From contig OY760183.1 of NCBI GenBank assembly GCA_963663275.1, positions 2,624,001 through 2,688,000 on the forward strand: a stretch of 64,000 nucleotides of DNA, written 5' to 3'. The position numbers were made by a program, and so were the translations under genes. Positions within the stretch are counted from its first letter, which is position 1; the number at the start of each line of letters is the position of its first letter. The notes under the pieces are model-generated. The model did no database searches. It worked only from the letters and a program-made list of their open reading frames with translations, and was not told the DNA's origin. Below are positions 48,424 through 56,874 of this stretch, piece by piece. The DNA is from Chloroflexota bacterium (lineage in GTDB: Bacteria > Chloroflexota > UBA11872 > VXOZ01).

Positions 48424-50685
48424 ATGCGACGACGGGATGTCCTGAAACTGGCCGGCGCCTCGGGCTTGGGTATCGGCAGCGGTGTGGCCTTCGTGGGCTG
48501 CGGCGCGCCGGAACGCGAGTACCACATCCAGAGTCCCGTGAATATCCCTGAGGACATGGTGACCGGGCTCGATACCTGGTATGCCAGCATCTGCCAGGAT
48601 TCCGGCGACGGCTGCGGCGTGATCGTGCGGGTCGCGGGCGGCCGCGCACGCAAGATCGAAGGCAATCCCGATTACCCCTTGAACCGCGGCAAGACCTCCG
48701 CGCGCGCACAAGCCGCCCTGCAAACCCTCTACAACCCCGACCGCATTCCCAATCCCATGGTGCCCAGACAGAGGCGCGGCTCCGGCCGTTACCGCTTCAT
48801 GCGCTGGGACGACGTGCTGCCGGAGTTTCTAGAGAAGCTCACCGCCGCCCAGGACGGCGGCATCGTGATGATTACGGAGCCCGTCAACGGGCACCTGGGC
48901 ATGATCCTCGAACGCTTTACGCAGAGTATCGGCGCGCGTTGGCTGACCTACGAACCGCTGGAACGGGCCGCCGTGCGGCAGGCCAGCGCGCAGGTGTTTG
49001 GCACGACCCGCGTGCCGCAGTTCGACGTCGCGCGCACCGACTACGTGCTCTCCATTGGGAGCAATTTCCTGGAAGGCGGCGACTCTCCGGTCCATTACGG
49101 ACAAGCCTACGGCAATTTCCGCCAGGGGCCGGGCCGCGAGCGGGGCGCGTTCGCCCACTTCGACACGCACCTGACCATGACGGCCGCCAACGCCGACGAA
49201 TGGCATCCGGTAAATCCCGGCACGGAGGGAATCCTGGCGCTGAGCATCGCCCACGCCGTGCTGGACGGCAATTCGCCCCCCGCCGCCTTCCGGCCCCTGA
49301 CCGGCGGAACCGGCAATTTGGAGGCGTATGCCGCCGAACAGGTCGCCGCCGTTACCGGCGTGCCGGCTGATGTCATTCAGCGAGTTGCCCACGACTTTGC
49401 CGCGGCCCCGACCGCGGTGGCCATGGGCGGCGGCAGCGCCGCCGGCCATACCAACGGGCTTTTCAACGTGGCCGCCGTCTTTGCCCTCAACCTGCTGAAA
49501 GACAACGTAGGCAAAGCGGGCGGCGTGCTGCTCAACGCCCCGTCGCCTCTGCCAGACATACCCGCCGAAGCGCCGGTGACCTCATTCCAGGAGTGGCAGG
49601 CCTTCCTCAGCGAGATCGACGGCGGCCAGGTTCCGCAGGTGCTGCTCATTCACGGGGCCAATCCCGTTTTCGGCCTGCCCGGCGTCTTGAACGCCGCCAA
49701 CATACTGGATGAGATACCTTATATCGTCAGCTTTTCCAACGTTTTGGACGAGACCACGGCCTTGTCCGACCTTATCCTGCCGGACCACCACTACCTGGAG
49801 AGTTGGGGTACCAGCGTGCCGCCGCTCGGCGCGGAGTACTCGACGCTGGGCATCCAGCAGCCGGTAATCCGCCCCTACCATCAGGAATTCGACGGCGCGG
49901 CCGGCACGCGGGCCTTCGCCGACGTGCTGCTCGGTCTGGCGCAGACCCTCGGCGGCCCGGTTGCCGAAGCGCTGCCGTGGGATTCGATGCGAGACGCCAT
50001 ACGCGCCAGCGTCGATGAGTTACAGGCCCGGGGCGACGGCTCGGTGACAAGCGATGATCCGGAAACTTTTTGGTTGTCGGTCTTGCAGCGCGGCGGCTGG
50101 TGGGTACCGGCCGAGGACGTGAGCTCGAACGAACCGGATCTGTCCGGCTTGACGTTGGCGGAACCGGACTTCAGCAGCGCCGCCCAGGACTACCCCTATC
50201 ATCTCATCGTGACGCCGTCCGTACTGCTGGGGGACGGCAGCGGCAGCCTGGCCGCGTCGCCGTGGCTGCAATCGACCGCCGACCCCATGACCACCGGCGT
50301 CTGGGCAACGTGGATCGCGCTAAGCCCCAAGACGATGGCGGAACTGGACATTCAAGAGAACGACATCGTGCGCATCACCTCGGTGGCCGGATCGCTCCTG
50401 GCGCCCGCGTACCCGTATCCCGGCATCGGCGAGGGCCTGGTGAGCGTGCCGCTCGGCCAGGGACACCGGGAACTGGGACGGTACGCCGAGAATCGCGGTG
50501 AAAACGCCCTGCGCATTCTCGCGCCGGTGGTGCAAGCGGGCACGGGCGCTCTGGCGTGGTCGGCAACGCGCGTGCGGATCGATAAGACCGGGCGGCGCAC
50601 CCGCCTGCCGCGCATCGAGGGCATCACCGCGCCGGTGCAGATGCCGGATGAGCAGACGTTCCAGATTACCAACGAGACCCATTAG
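48424..50685 (+). CDS. ACIII molybdopterin-oxidoreductase-like subunit (ActB1, split)
   Basis: RRRDVLK Tat signal followed by Cys, KIEGNPDYPLN, NADEW, DETT..SDLILP.HHYLESWG; N-terminal Fe-S motif degenerate. Confidence 0.88.
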   Translation: MRRRDVLKLAGASGLGIGSGVAFVGCGAPEREYHIQSPVNIPEDMVTGLDTWYASICQDSGDGCGVIVRVAGGRARKIEGNPDYPLNRGKTSARAQAALQTLYNPDRIPNPMVPRQRRGSGRYRFMRWDDVLPEFLEKLTAAQDGGIVMITEPVNGHLGMILERFTQSIGARWLTYEPLERAAVRQASAQVFGTTRVPQFDVARTDYVLSIGSNFLEGGDSPVHYGQAYGNFRQGPGRERGAFAHFDTHLTMTAANADEWHPVNPGTEGILALSIAHAVLDGNSPPAAFRPLTGGTGNLEAYAAEQVAAVTGVPADVIQRVAHDFAAAPTAVAMGGGSAAGHTNGLFNVAAVFALNLLKDNVGKAGGVLLNAPSPLPDIPAEAPVTSFQEWQAFLSEIDGGQVPQVLLIHGANPVFGLPGVLNAANILDEIPYIVSFSNVLDETTALSDLILPDHHYLESWGTSVPPLGAEYSTLGIQQPVIRPYHQEFDGAAGTRAFADVLLGLAQTLGGPVAEALPWDSMRDAIRASVDELQARGDGSVTSDDPETFWLSVLQRGGWWVPAEDVSSNEPDLSGLTLAEPDFSSAAQDYPYHLIVTPSVLLGDGSGSLAASPWLQSTADPMTTGVWATWIALSPKTMAELDIQENDIVRITSVAGSLLAPAYPYPGIGEGLVSVPLGQGHRELGRYAENRGENALRILAPVVQAGTGALAWSATRVRIDKTGRRTRLPRIEGITAPVQMPDEQTFQITNETH

Positions 50686-50703
50686 CAGCGGGGAGAGACG
50701 GCG

Positions 50704-51510
50704 TTGAAACAGGCCGTAGAAGGAACAGAACAAGACACGAGCAAGCCCGTGGCCAGCATCGGCCGGCGCTGGGGCATGGTGGTAGACCTGGACCGCTGCA
50801 CCGGCTGCCAGGCCTGTGTGGTGGCGTGCCACGCGGAGAACAACATCGCGCTCAACCTGGAAGACGTGGTGCTCCAGCAGCGGGCCATAAACTGGATTCG
50901 CATCGAGCGCTACTGGGAAGGCGAGTATCCCAACGTCAAGGCGCGCTTCCTGCCCATGTTCTGCCAGCACTGCAACAACGCTCCCTGCGAGCCGGTGTGC
51001 CCCGTGTACGCCACTTACCACAACCAAGAGGGCCTGAACGTGCAGGTATACAACCGCTGCATCGGCACGCGCTACTGCGCGAACAACTGCCCGTACCACG
51101 CGCGGTTCTTCAACTTCTGGGAACGCGACTTGGACGACACGCACCAGGAGTACCTGAATCCCAACGTGACCGTGCGCACCAAGGGCATCATGGAGAAGTG
51201 CACCTTCTGCGTGCAGCGCATTCGCAAGAGCGAGTGGGAACGCCGGCAGGCGGACGAACCGTTGCAGGAGGGCGACGTGACGCCGGCCTGCGTGCAGGCC
51301 TGCCCCACCGATACCCTCGTCTTCGGCAATCTCGAAGACGAAGACTCTGAAGTGGCGCAGTTGGCGCAGGACAAGCGCCACTACCGCGTAATGGAAAACC
51401 TTGGCACCGATACCAACGTGATCTACTTGAAGAAGGTTGATCCGCATGCAAGCGAGACAGCACCAGCACACGCTGGAACCGCTGCCGACTCCGGCAGAAA
51501 TAGCGCGTGA
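50704..51510 (+). CDS. ACIII iron-sulfur subunit (ActB2, split)
   Basis: CTGCQACVVAC, CQHC..APCEPVCP, CIGTRYCANNCP (Thr in place of one Cys) and EKCTFC...CVQACP. Confidence 0.92.
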   Translation: MKQAVEGTEQDTSKPVASIGRRWGMVVDLDRCTGCQACVVACHAENNIALNLEDVVLQQRAINWIRIERYWEGEYPNVKARFLPMFCQHCNNAPCEPVCPVYATYHNQEGLNVQVYNRCIGTRYCANNCPYHARFFNFWERDLDDTHQEYLNPNVTVRTKGIMEKCTFCVQRIRKSEWERRQADEPLQEGDVTPACVQACPTDTLVFGNLEDEDSEVAQLAQDKRHYRVMENLGTDTNVIYLKKVDPHASETAPAHAGTAADSGRNSA

Positions 51511-52819
51511 CACCTTTAGCCGGGCACTAGGCAGCAGCGGGGCGTACCGGCTCACGCTGCTCGTCCTGTTCGTGCTCTTTCTCGGCGGGGTTGTCGGCTT
51601 TGCCCTGCGGCTCGGTTCCGGCTTGGAAGACCGGGGGCCGTGGGCCTACTATGCCGCCGTGTTCGGCTTCCTCTTCACCGTCGGCCAAGCGGCGCCCATG
51701 GTGGCGTTCGTGCCGCGCCTGGCGCGCGCCCGCTGGCACGGGCCGCTGGTACGCGCGGCGCAAGTGGTGGCGGTAGCGGGACTGCTCAACGTGCTGCTCT
51801 TCATCCCACTGCTGTGGTTGGTGCCTTCCAGCGCGGTGCGCACTACCGTGTGGTTCGATTGGCCGTGGGGCGCGCCGCACTTCTTCGATACGATTTTCGT
51901 GCTCATGCTCGTGGTCAACGGCTTCGCGTTTCTCTGGGTGCAGGCCATCCCGGACCTCGCCGCCTTGCGCGTGCAGAGCGGCGGCACCCACCGCCTGGCG
52001 CGGCTGCTGTCCGGTTCGTTCATCGGCACGCCCAAGCAGTGGAAAGTGCACCGCATCGGCCTGGCGGTCCTGGGCGGCTGCTACGTCATAAACTTCATCT
52101 TCGTACAGTCGATCATCAGCCTCGACTACGTCATGACCCTCATACCGGGTTGGAAGAGTTCGATGTTTCCCGCCTTCTACAGCATCAACGGCTTGCTGGC
52201 CGCTACGGCCACAACCATCGTCGTCATGGCCGTAATCCGCCGTTTCTACGGGCTGCAGAAGTACATCACCGTGGACCAGTTCTGGAACGTTGCCAAGATC
52301 ATGCTGGCGCTCAACCTGGCGTGGGCGTACCACTGGTGGGCGGACTTTCTCACGTCGTGGTATGGCCGCGTGCCCCGGGAAACGGTGGTTATCATTGGCA
52401 CGCGGAGCTTTGGCGAAAACACGTGGCTCTTCGCCATCGCTTTCATTTCCTGCTTCGTCTTGCCGCTGCTCATCCTGATGTGGAACCCCTGGCGCAAGAG
52501 CATCGCCGGCCCGACGGTCGTGGCCGTTCTTTCGCTGTTCGGCATCTTCATTCAACGCATTATCGACTACGTGCCCGCCTACCTGAACACCCAGAACCCG
52601 CTCGACCACGAACTGCATGAGGCCATCGCCATTCCCTGGCCGGGATTGCCGGACGTTCTGATTATCGTGGGCGGCCTGGCCGGCGCGGTCTTGCTGGTAA
52701 CCTGGGCGGTAAAGGCCCTGGGGCCGCTCTCGAACTGGGAGATGCAGGAGTGCGTCATCCTGCGCCGCAATGAGAAGTTCCTGAACGCTGAAGTGCCGTA
52801 TGTCATCAAGCCACAATAA
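51446..52819 (+). CDS. ACIII NrfD-like membrane subunit, probably ActF
   Basis: About 10 TM helices, SLDYVMTLIPGWKSSMFP motif; divergent paralogue of the next gene; start approximate, overlaps the upstream gene. Confidence 0.75.
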   Translation: MQARQHQHTLEPLPTPAEIARDTFSRALGSSGAYRLTLLVLFVLFLGGVVGFALRLGSGLEDRGPWAYYAAVFGFLFTVGQAAPMVAFVPRLARARWHGPLVRAAQVVAVAGLLNVLLFIPLLWLVPSSAVRTTVWFDWPWGAPHFFDTIFVLMLVVNGFAFLWVQAIPDLAALRVQSGGTHRLARLLSGSFIGTPKQWKVHRIGLAVLGGCYVINFIFVQSIISLDYVMTLIPGWKSSMFPAFYSINGLLAATATTIVVMAVIRRFYGLQKYITVDQFWNVAKIMLALNLAWAYHWWADFLTSWYGRVPRETVVIIGTRSFGENTWLFAIAFISCFVLPLLILMWNPWRKSIAGPTVVAVLSLFGIFIQRIIDYVPAYLNTQNPLDHELHEAIAIPWPGLPDVLIIVGGLAGAVLLVTWAVKALGPLSNWEMQECVILRRNEKFLNAEVPYVIKPQ

Positions 52820-52875
52820 GACACCGCGCCCGCTGCCGCGACTGGCGGCGCGGCAGATGAAGGAGTTGAAACCCC

Positions 52876-54243
52876 ATGCATGAGCGCCCCCGGCTCACGC
52901 CAATTCAGATAAACCGAGACCTCCTGCGGTCGTGCCTGGAAACGCCGTTGGTGTTCTACGTGCTGCTGCTGCTCTTGATGGGCTTGGTGGGGCTTGGCGT
53001 CGTCGCGGCCACGCTGCTGGTAACCTACGGCCTGGGCGTGACCGGCCTCAATCACCCGGTCTTCTGGGGCTTCTTCATCATCAACTTCGTGTTCTGGGTC
53101 GGCATCAGCCACGCCGGCACCATGATTTCCGCAATCCTGCGGCTCACGTCGGCGGAGTGGCGCCGGCCGGTCGTGCGCGCCGCCGAGGTAATGACGGTGT
53201 TCTCCCTCCTGACCGCCGCGCTCTTCGTGGTGCTGCACACGGGCCGCCCGTGGCGCACCCTCTACTGGGCATTCCCCTACGACTTCGTGCGCGGCATCTG
53301 GCCGGACGTCCGCTCTCCCCTGGTCTGGGACCCGAGCGCCATCTTTACGTACCTGACCGGCAGCATTCTCTTCGTCTACTCCGCGCTGATACCCGACCTG
53401 GCCCTGGCCCGCGACAAGACGACCGGCTGGCGGCGCATGGTCTACGGCGTGCTCTGCCTGGGCTGGCGCGGCAACGCGCGGCAATGGAAATTGCTCAGCG
53501 CCACGGGCCTGCTGCTCTCGGCGCTCATCCTGCCCGTGTTCGTCTCCGTCCATAGTATCGTGTCGTGGGACTTCGGCATGTCGCTGGTGCCCGGCTGGCA
53601 CGTGCACATCTTCGCGCCCTACTTCGTCGTCGGCGCGGTGCTCTCCGGCGTGGCGGCCGTAATCGCCCTGATGGCCGTGATGCGCGCCCTCTTCCGCCTC
53701 CACGACTACATTCGCCCGGAGCACTTCGACATGATCGGCCGGCTGCTCATCGTGGTTGCGCTGGCCTGGGCGTACTTCTACTTCATGGACGTGGTGTTCG
53801 CGCTCCTTAGCAAGGAAGAGGCCGAATACGAGGTGATGAAACTGCGGCTGTCGCCGCCGTACCTCTACCTCTTCCTCCTGATGGTTACGTGCAACGTCTT
53901 CCTGCCGGTGCCGATTTGGATGTTCAGGCGGTTCCGGCGCAACATCGGCATCATGGTGTGGACGGCCATCGTCGTCAACATAGGCATGTGGCTGGAGCGT
54001 TTCTTGATCATCATTCCCACCTTGCAGCGGCGGCATCCCGACGCCTTCGCCTGGGGCGACTACTCTGCCAGCCTGGTCGAAATTTCCCTTGTGATATTCT
54101 CGTTCGCCAACGTGGGACTGCTACTGCTGCTTTTCTCCAAGATATTCCCCGTGATTCCCATCTGGGAAGAGAAAGAGGGGCACATCTGGAAACGCGAATT
54201 CCGTATCGGCAAGCTGCGCTTGCCCGCAATAGTGAGAGAATAG
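52876..54243 (+). CDS. actC: ACIII NrfD-family quinol-oxidising subunit
   Basis: WGFFIINFVFWVGISHAGTMISAILRL, RAAE.MT, HTGRPW, SPLVWD, VSVHSIVSWDF and GMWLERF motifs. Confidence 0.93.
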   Translation: MHERPRLTPIQINRDLLRSCLETPLVFYVLLLLLMGLVGLGVVAATLLVTYGLGVTGLNHPVFWGFFIINFVFWVGISHAGTMISAILRLTSAEWRRPVVRAAEVMTVFSLLTAALFVVLHTGRPWRTLYWAFPYDFVRGIWPDVRSPLVWDPSAIFTYLTGSILFVYSALIPDLALARDKTTGWRRMVYGVLCLGWRGNARQWKLLSATGLLLSALILPVFVSVHSIVSWDFGMSLVPGWHVHIFAPYFVVGAVLSGVAAVIALMAVMRALFRLHDYIRPEHFDMIGRLLIVVALAWAYFYFMDVVFALLSKEEAEYEVMKLRLSPPYLYLFLLMVTCNVFLPVPIWMFRRFRRNIGIMVWTAIVVNIGMWLERFLIIIPTLQRRHPDAFAWGDYSASLVEISLVIFSFANVGLLLLLFSKIFPVIPIWEEKEGHIWKREFRIGKLRLPAIVRE

Positions 54244-54253
54244 GGAGGCAACC

Positions 54254-54766
54254 ATGCCCAGTGTAATGGGACTATTCCAATCGGCGGACACCGCGGCCGC
54301 GGCCGCGGACCGCTTGCAGGCTTCTGGGTTTGGCCCGGCCGACTACGAGGTGTTGACCGGCGCGCCCTATCCGGAAGGCGCTTTTGGCGAGGATTCGGGA
54401 GAACACCGTCTCTTCATCTTCCCCCTGGGCGGCGCGATCGTCGGCTTTGCCGTCGGCCTGATGGTGACGGCCGGCACGCAACTCTCCTATCCGCTGGTTA
54501 CGGCGGGCAAACCCATTCTCGGCATACCGCCCATGTTCATCATCATGTACGAGGGCACCATGCTGGGGGCGCTCATCTTTACCATCATGGGCGTTATCTT
54601 CGAGTCGCGCTTGCCAAACCTCAAGGACGATCTCTACGACGCCCGCATCACCGAGGGCTACGTGGGGCTTGTGGTGCGCTGCGAGGACGACGCCCAGGCG
54701 GAGACGGCCCAGACTACCCTCACCGAAGCGGGCGCTGAAGAAGTGAAGCACCAGGAAAAGAGCTAA
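54254..54766 (+). CDS. actD: ACIII subunit D (DUF3341)
   Basis: GLF..., two TM helices around YPLVTAGKP...IIMYE.TML, YDARIT motif. Confidence 0.87.
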   Translation: MPSVMGLFQSADTAAAAADRLQASGFGPADYEVLTGAPYPEGAFGEDSGEHRLFIFPLGGAIVGFAVGLMVTAGTQLSYPLVTAGKPILGIPPMFIIMYEGTMLGALIFTIMGVIFESRLPNLKDDLYDARITEGYVGLVVRCEDDAQAETAQTTLTEAGAEEVKHQEKS

Positions 54767-54771
54767 CCGGA

Positions 54772-55338
54772 ATGCGAGACCGGCTGCGTTTACATGGCCT
54801 GTTCCGCTCTGTGCCGAAACCTACGCGCCTGCGCTGGCTGGCGTTGAGCATTGTCTCCGGCGTCCTGCTGACCGGGCTGCTCTCGTCGTGCTACGGCTAC
54901 CTCTGGGACGTCTTCCCGGAGATGCACTACCAGCAGTCCTACCGGCTCCAGGAACCGCCCCGGCGTATGCCTCCCGAAGAGTCTGTGCCGGTGACCGGCA
55001 GGGAACGCGAATACAGCTTCGCGGAAGCTGCGGAAATTACCAATCCGCTCCCCAGCACGCCCGACAGCATAGAATCCGGCCGGCAATTGTTCCAGACCAA
55101 TTGCAAGCACTGCCACGGCGTGGAAGGCCGCGGCGACGGCCCTTCGGGTCTGTATTTCGAACCGACGCCGCAGGCAATGCAGGGCGAGCGGGTAACCGAA
55201 CGCAGCGACGGCGAGATTTTCTGGATACTCGGCAACGGCTCGGCCAACATGCCCTCTTTCGGCAACTTGCTCACACACGAGGAACGTTGGGAACTCATCC
55301 TCTTCATTCGGTCATTGCAGCAGCAGGAAAACGGCTAG
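54772..55338 (+). CDS. actE: ACIII monoheme cytochrome c lipoprotein
   Basis: LSSC lipobox, EMHYQ, R.PPEESVP, CKHCH and MPSF motifs. Confidence 0.88.
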   Translation: MRDRLRLHGLFRSVPKPTRLRWLALSIVSGVLLTGLLSSCYGYLWDVFPEMHYQQSYRLQEPPRRMPPEESVPVTGREREYSFAEAAEITNPLPSTPDSIESGRQLFQTNCKHCHGVEGRGDGPSGLYFEPTPQAMQGERVTERSDGEIFWILGNGSANMPSFGNLLTHEERWELILFIRSLQQQENG

Positions 55339-55356
55339 CGACTGGAGATAGCGCAC

Positions 55357-55647
55357 ATGGACCACCATCCGCTCTCACTACCAATCTGGGACGAACTGAA
55401 CACCGGCTTCATCTTCTTCTGGCTGGCGCTCCTGATGATGGTGGCCGTGGCCGTCTCGTTCCTGCTGGCCCACGCCATTATCCCGTCTCTGGTTGGCACT
55501 CGCGACCTGCCGCCGGGATTTGCCAAACTGCGGCCGGTGTTCTACGCGGCGACGATCATCGCCCTGCTCCTCGCCCTCTTCCTCTACTACACCACGTGGG
55601 AGACGGTTTCCGTCTATCTGGAGGTCTTTCCGCGCAAGTGGATCTAG
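55357..55647 (+). CDS. Small two-TM membrane protein closing the act operon
   Basis: 96 aa, two hydrophobic helices, GGAG RBS, upstream of the operon terminator. Confidence 0.75.
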   Translation: MDHHPLSLPIWDELNTGFIFFWLALLMMVAVAVSFLLAHAIIPSLVGTRDLPPGFAKLRPVFYAATIIALLLALFLYYTTWETVSVYLEVFPRKWI

Positions 55648-55666
55648 GCATTTGACGGGCTGTACG

Positions 55667-55707
55667 GCAGAGGGAGGACGCCGCTTGGCGTCCTCCCTCT
55701 GCTTTTT
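55667..55707 (+). terminator. Intrinsic terminator of the act operon
   Basis: GCAGAGGGAGGACGCC-GCTT-GGCGTCCTCCCTCTGC-TTTTT. Confidence 0.88.
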
Positions 55708-55791
55708 CGTTTAGTAATGCCTTGCGGGATTCGCCGCTTGGCGGCGAAGTCGCTGACGGGGCCCAAGGCGTCCCCCGCCGCCGGCAGCCGC

Positions 55792-55821
55792 TTGACGGAT
55801 TTTCTCCGCTCTTGCTACAAT
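55792..55821 (+). promoter_or_regulatory. Promoter of the sulfurtransferase gene
   Basis: TTGACG-N18-TACAAT. Confidence 0.62.
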
Positions 55822-55874
55822 GTTAAGTAGCTTAGTCAACTTTATCGCATTAGACACCGTTAGGAGTTTGACAT

Positions 55875-56714
55875 ATGGCCGAATACGCCGATTCTGACGT
55901 GCTCGTTTCCACCGATTGGGTAGCCCGGCACGGCGGCGACGCCAACGTGCGGCTCGTAGAGGTAGACGTCGATACTACCGCTTACGAGACCGGCCACGTC
56001 GCCGGCGCGGTCGATTGGGGCTGGCAGTCCGACCTCAACGATCCCGTGCGGCGCGACCTGATCGGCAAAGAAGACCTGGAACGGCTGCTGGGCCAGTGCG
56101 GCATCAAGCCCGATACCACCGTGGTGCTCTATGGCGACAACAACAACTGGTTCGCCGCGTTCGCCCACTGGATTCTCAAGATCTACGGGCACCGGGACGC
56201 CCGCCTGATGAACGGCGGCCGCGTTAAGTGGCTGGAAGAGGGCCGGCCGCTGACCGATGACATTCCCCACGTGGCGGCAACGGCGTACACCGCCCAGGAG
56301 CCGGACGCCGCCCTGCGGGTCTTTCAAGGCGGCGTGCAAGAACGCTTGGGCAACCCCAGCGTCGGCCTGGTGGACGTGCGCTCGCCGCAGGAGTTCACCG
56401 GCGAAATCCTGGCGCCCCCCGGCCTGCCGGAAACCGCCCAGCGCGGCGGCCACATTCCCGGCGCGGCCAACGTTCCCTGGGCGTCGGCCGTGGCCGAGGA
56501 CGGCACGTTCAAGTCTCCCGACGAACTGCGCGCAATCTACGCCGGCCAAGGCATCGTGCCCGATAAGGAAATCGTCACCTACTGCCGCATTGGCGAACGG
56601 TCTTCCCACACCTGGTTCGTGCTCAAGTATCTGCTGGAGTACCCGGACGTGCGCAACTACGACGGCTCGTGGACCGAGTGGGGCAGCATGATCGGCGTGC
56701 CGATTGAGAAGTAG
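55875..56714 (+). CDS. Tandem-rhodanese sulfurtransferase (SseA/CysA type)
   Basis: LVSTDW, GHVAGA, GGHIPGA, YCRIGERS and NYDGSWTEWG motifs. Confidence 0.95.
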   Translation: MAEYADSDVLVSTDWVARHGGDANVRLVEVDVDTTAYETGHVAGAVDWGWQSDLNDPVRRDLIGKEDLERLLGQCGIKPDTTVVLYGDNNNWFAAFAHWILKIYGHRDARLMNGGRVKWLEEGRPLTDDIPHVAATAYTAQEPDAALRVFQGGVQERLGNPSVGLVDVRSPQEFTGEILAPPGLPETAQRGGHIPGAANVPWASAVAEDGTFKSPDELRAIYAGQGIVPDKEIVTYCRIGERSSHTWFVLKYLLEYPDVRNYDGSWTEWGSMIGVPIEK

Positions 56715-56773
56715 GCGTTCCCCACTAGATTGCAGCCGCAAGCGCAACGGCGCAGACGCGCGTAAACCGCCAT

Positions 56774-56820
56774 AAAACAAAGAAGGCTACGACCCGTGGA
56801 TCGTAGCCTTCTTTGCGTTT
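56774..56820. terminator. Bidirectional intrinsic terminator
   Basis: CAAAGAAGGCTACGA-CCCGTGGA-TCGTAGCCTTCTTTG with A and T runs on both sides, between convergent genes. Confidence 0.8.
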
Positions 56821-56874
56821 CCAGCCAATTCGCCTAAATGTGGAGCCGTTGCCCCACTTGCGTACAGCGGCGCA

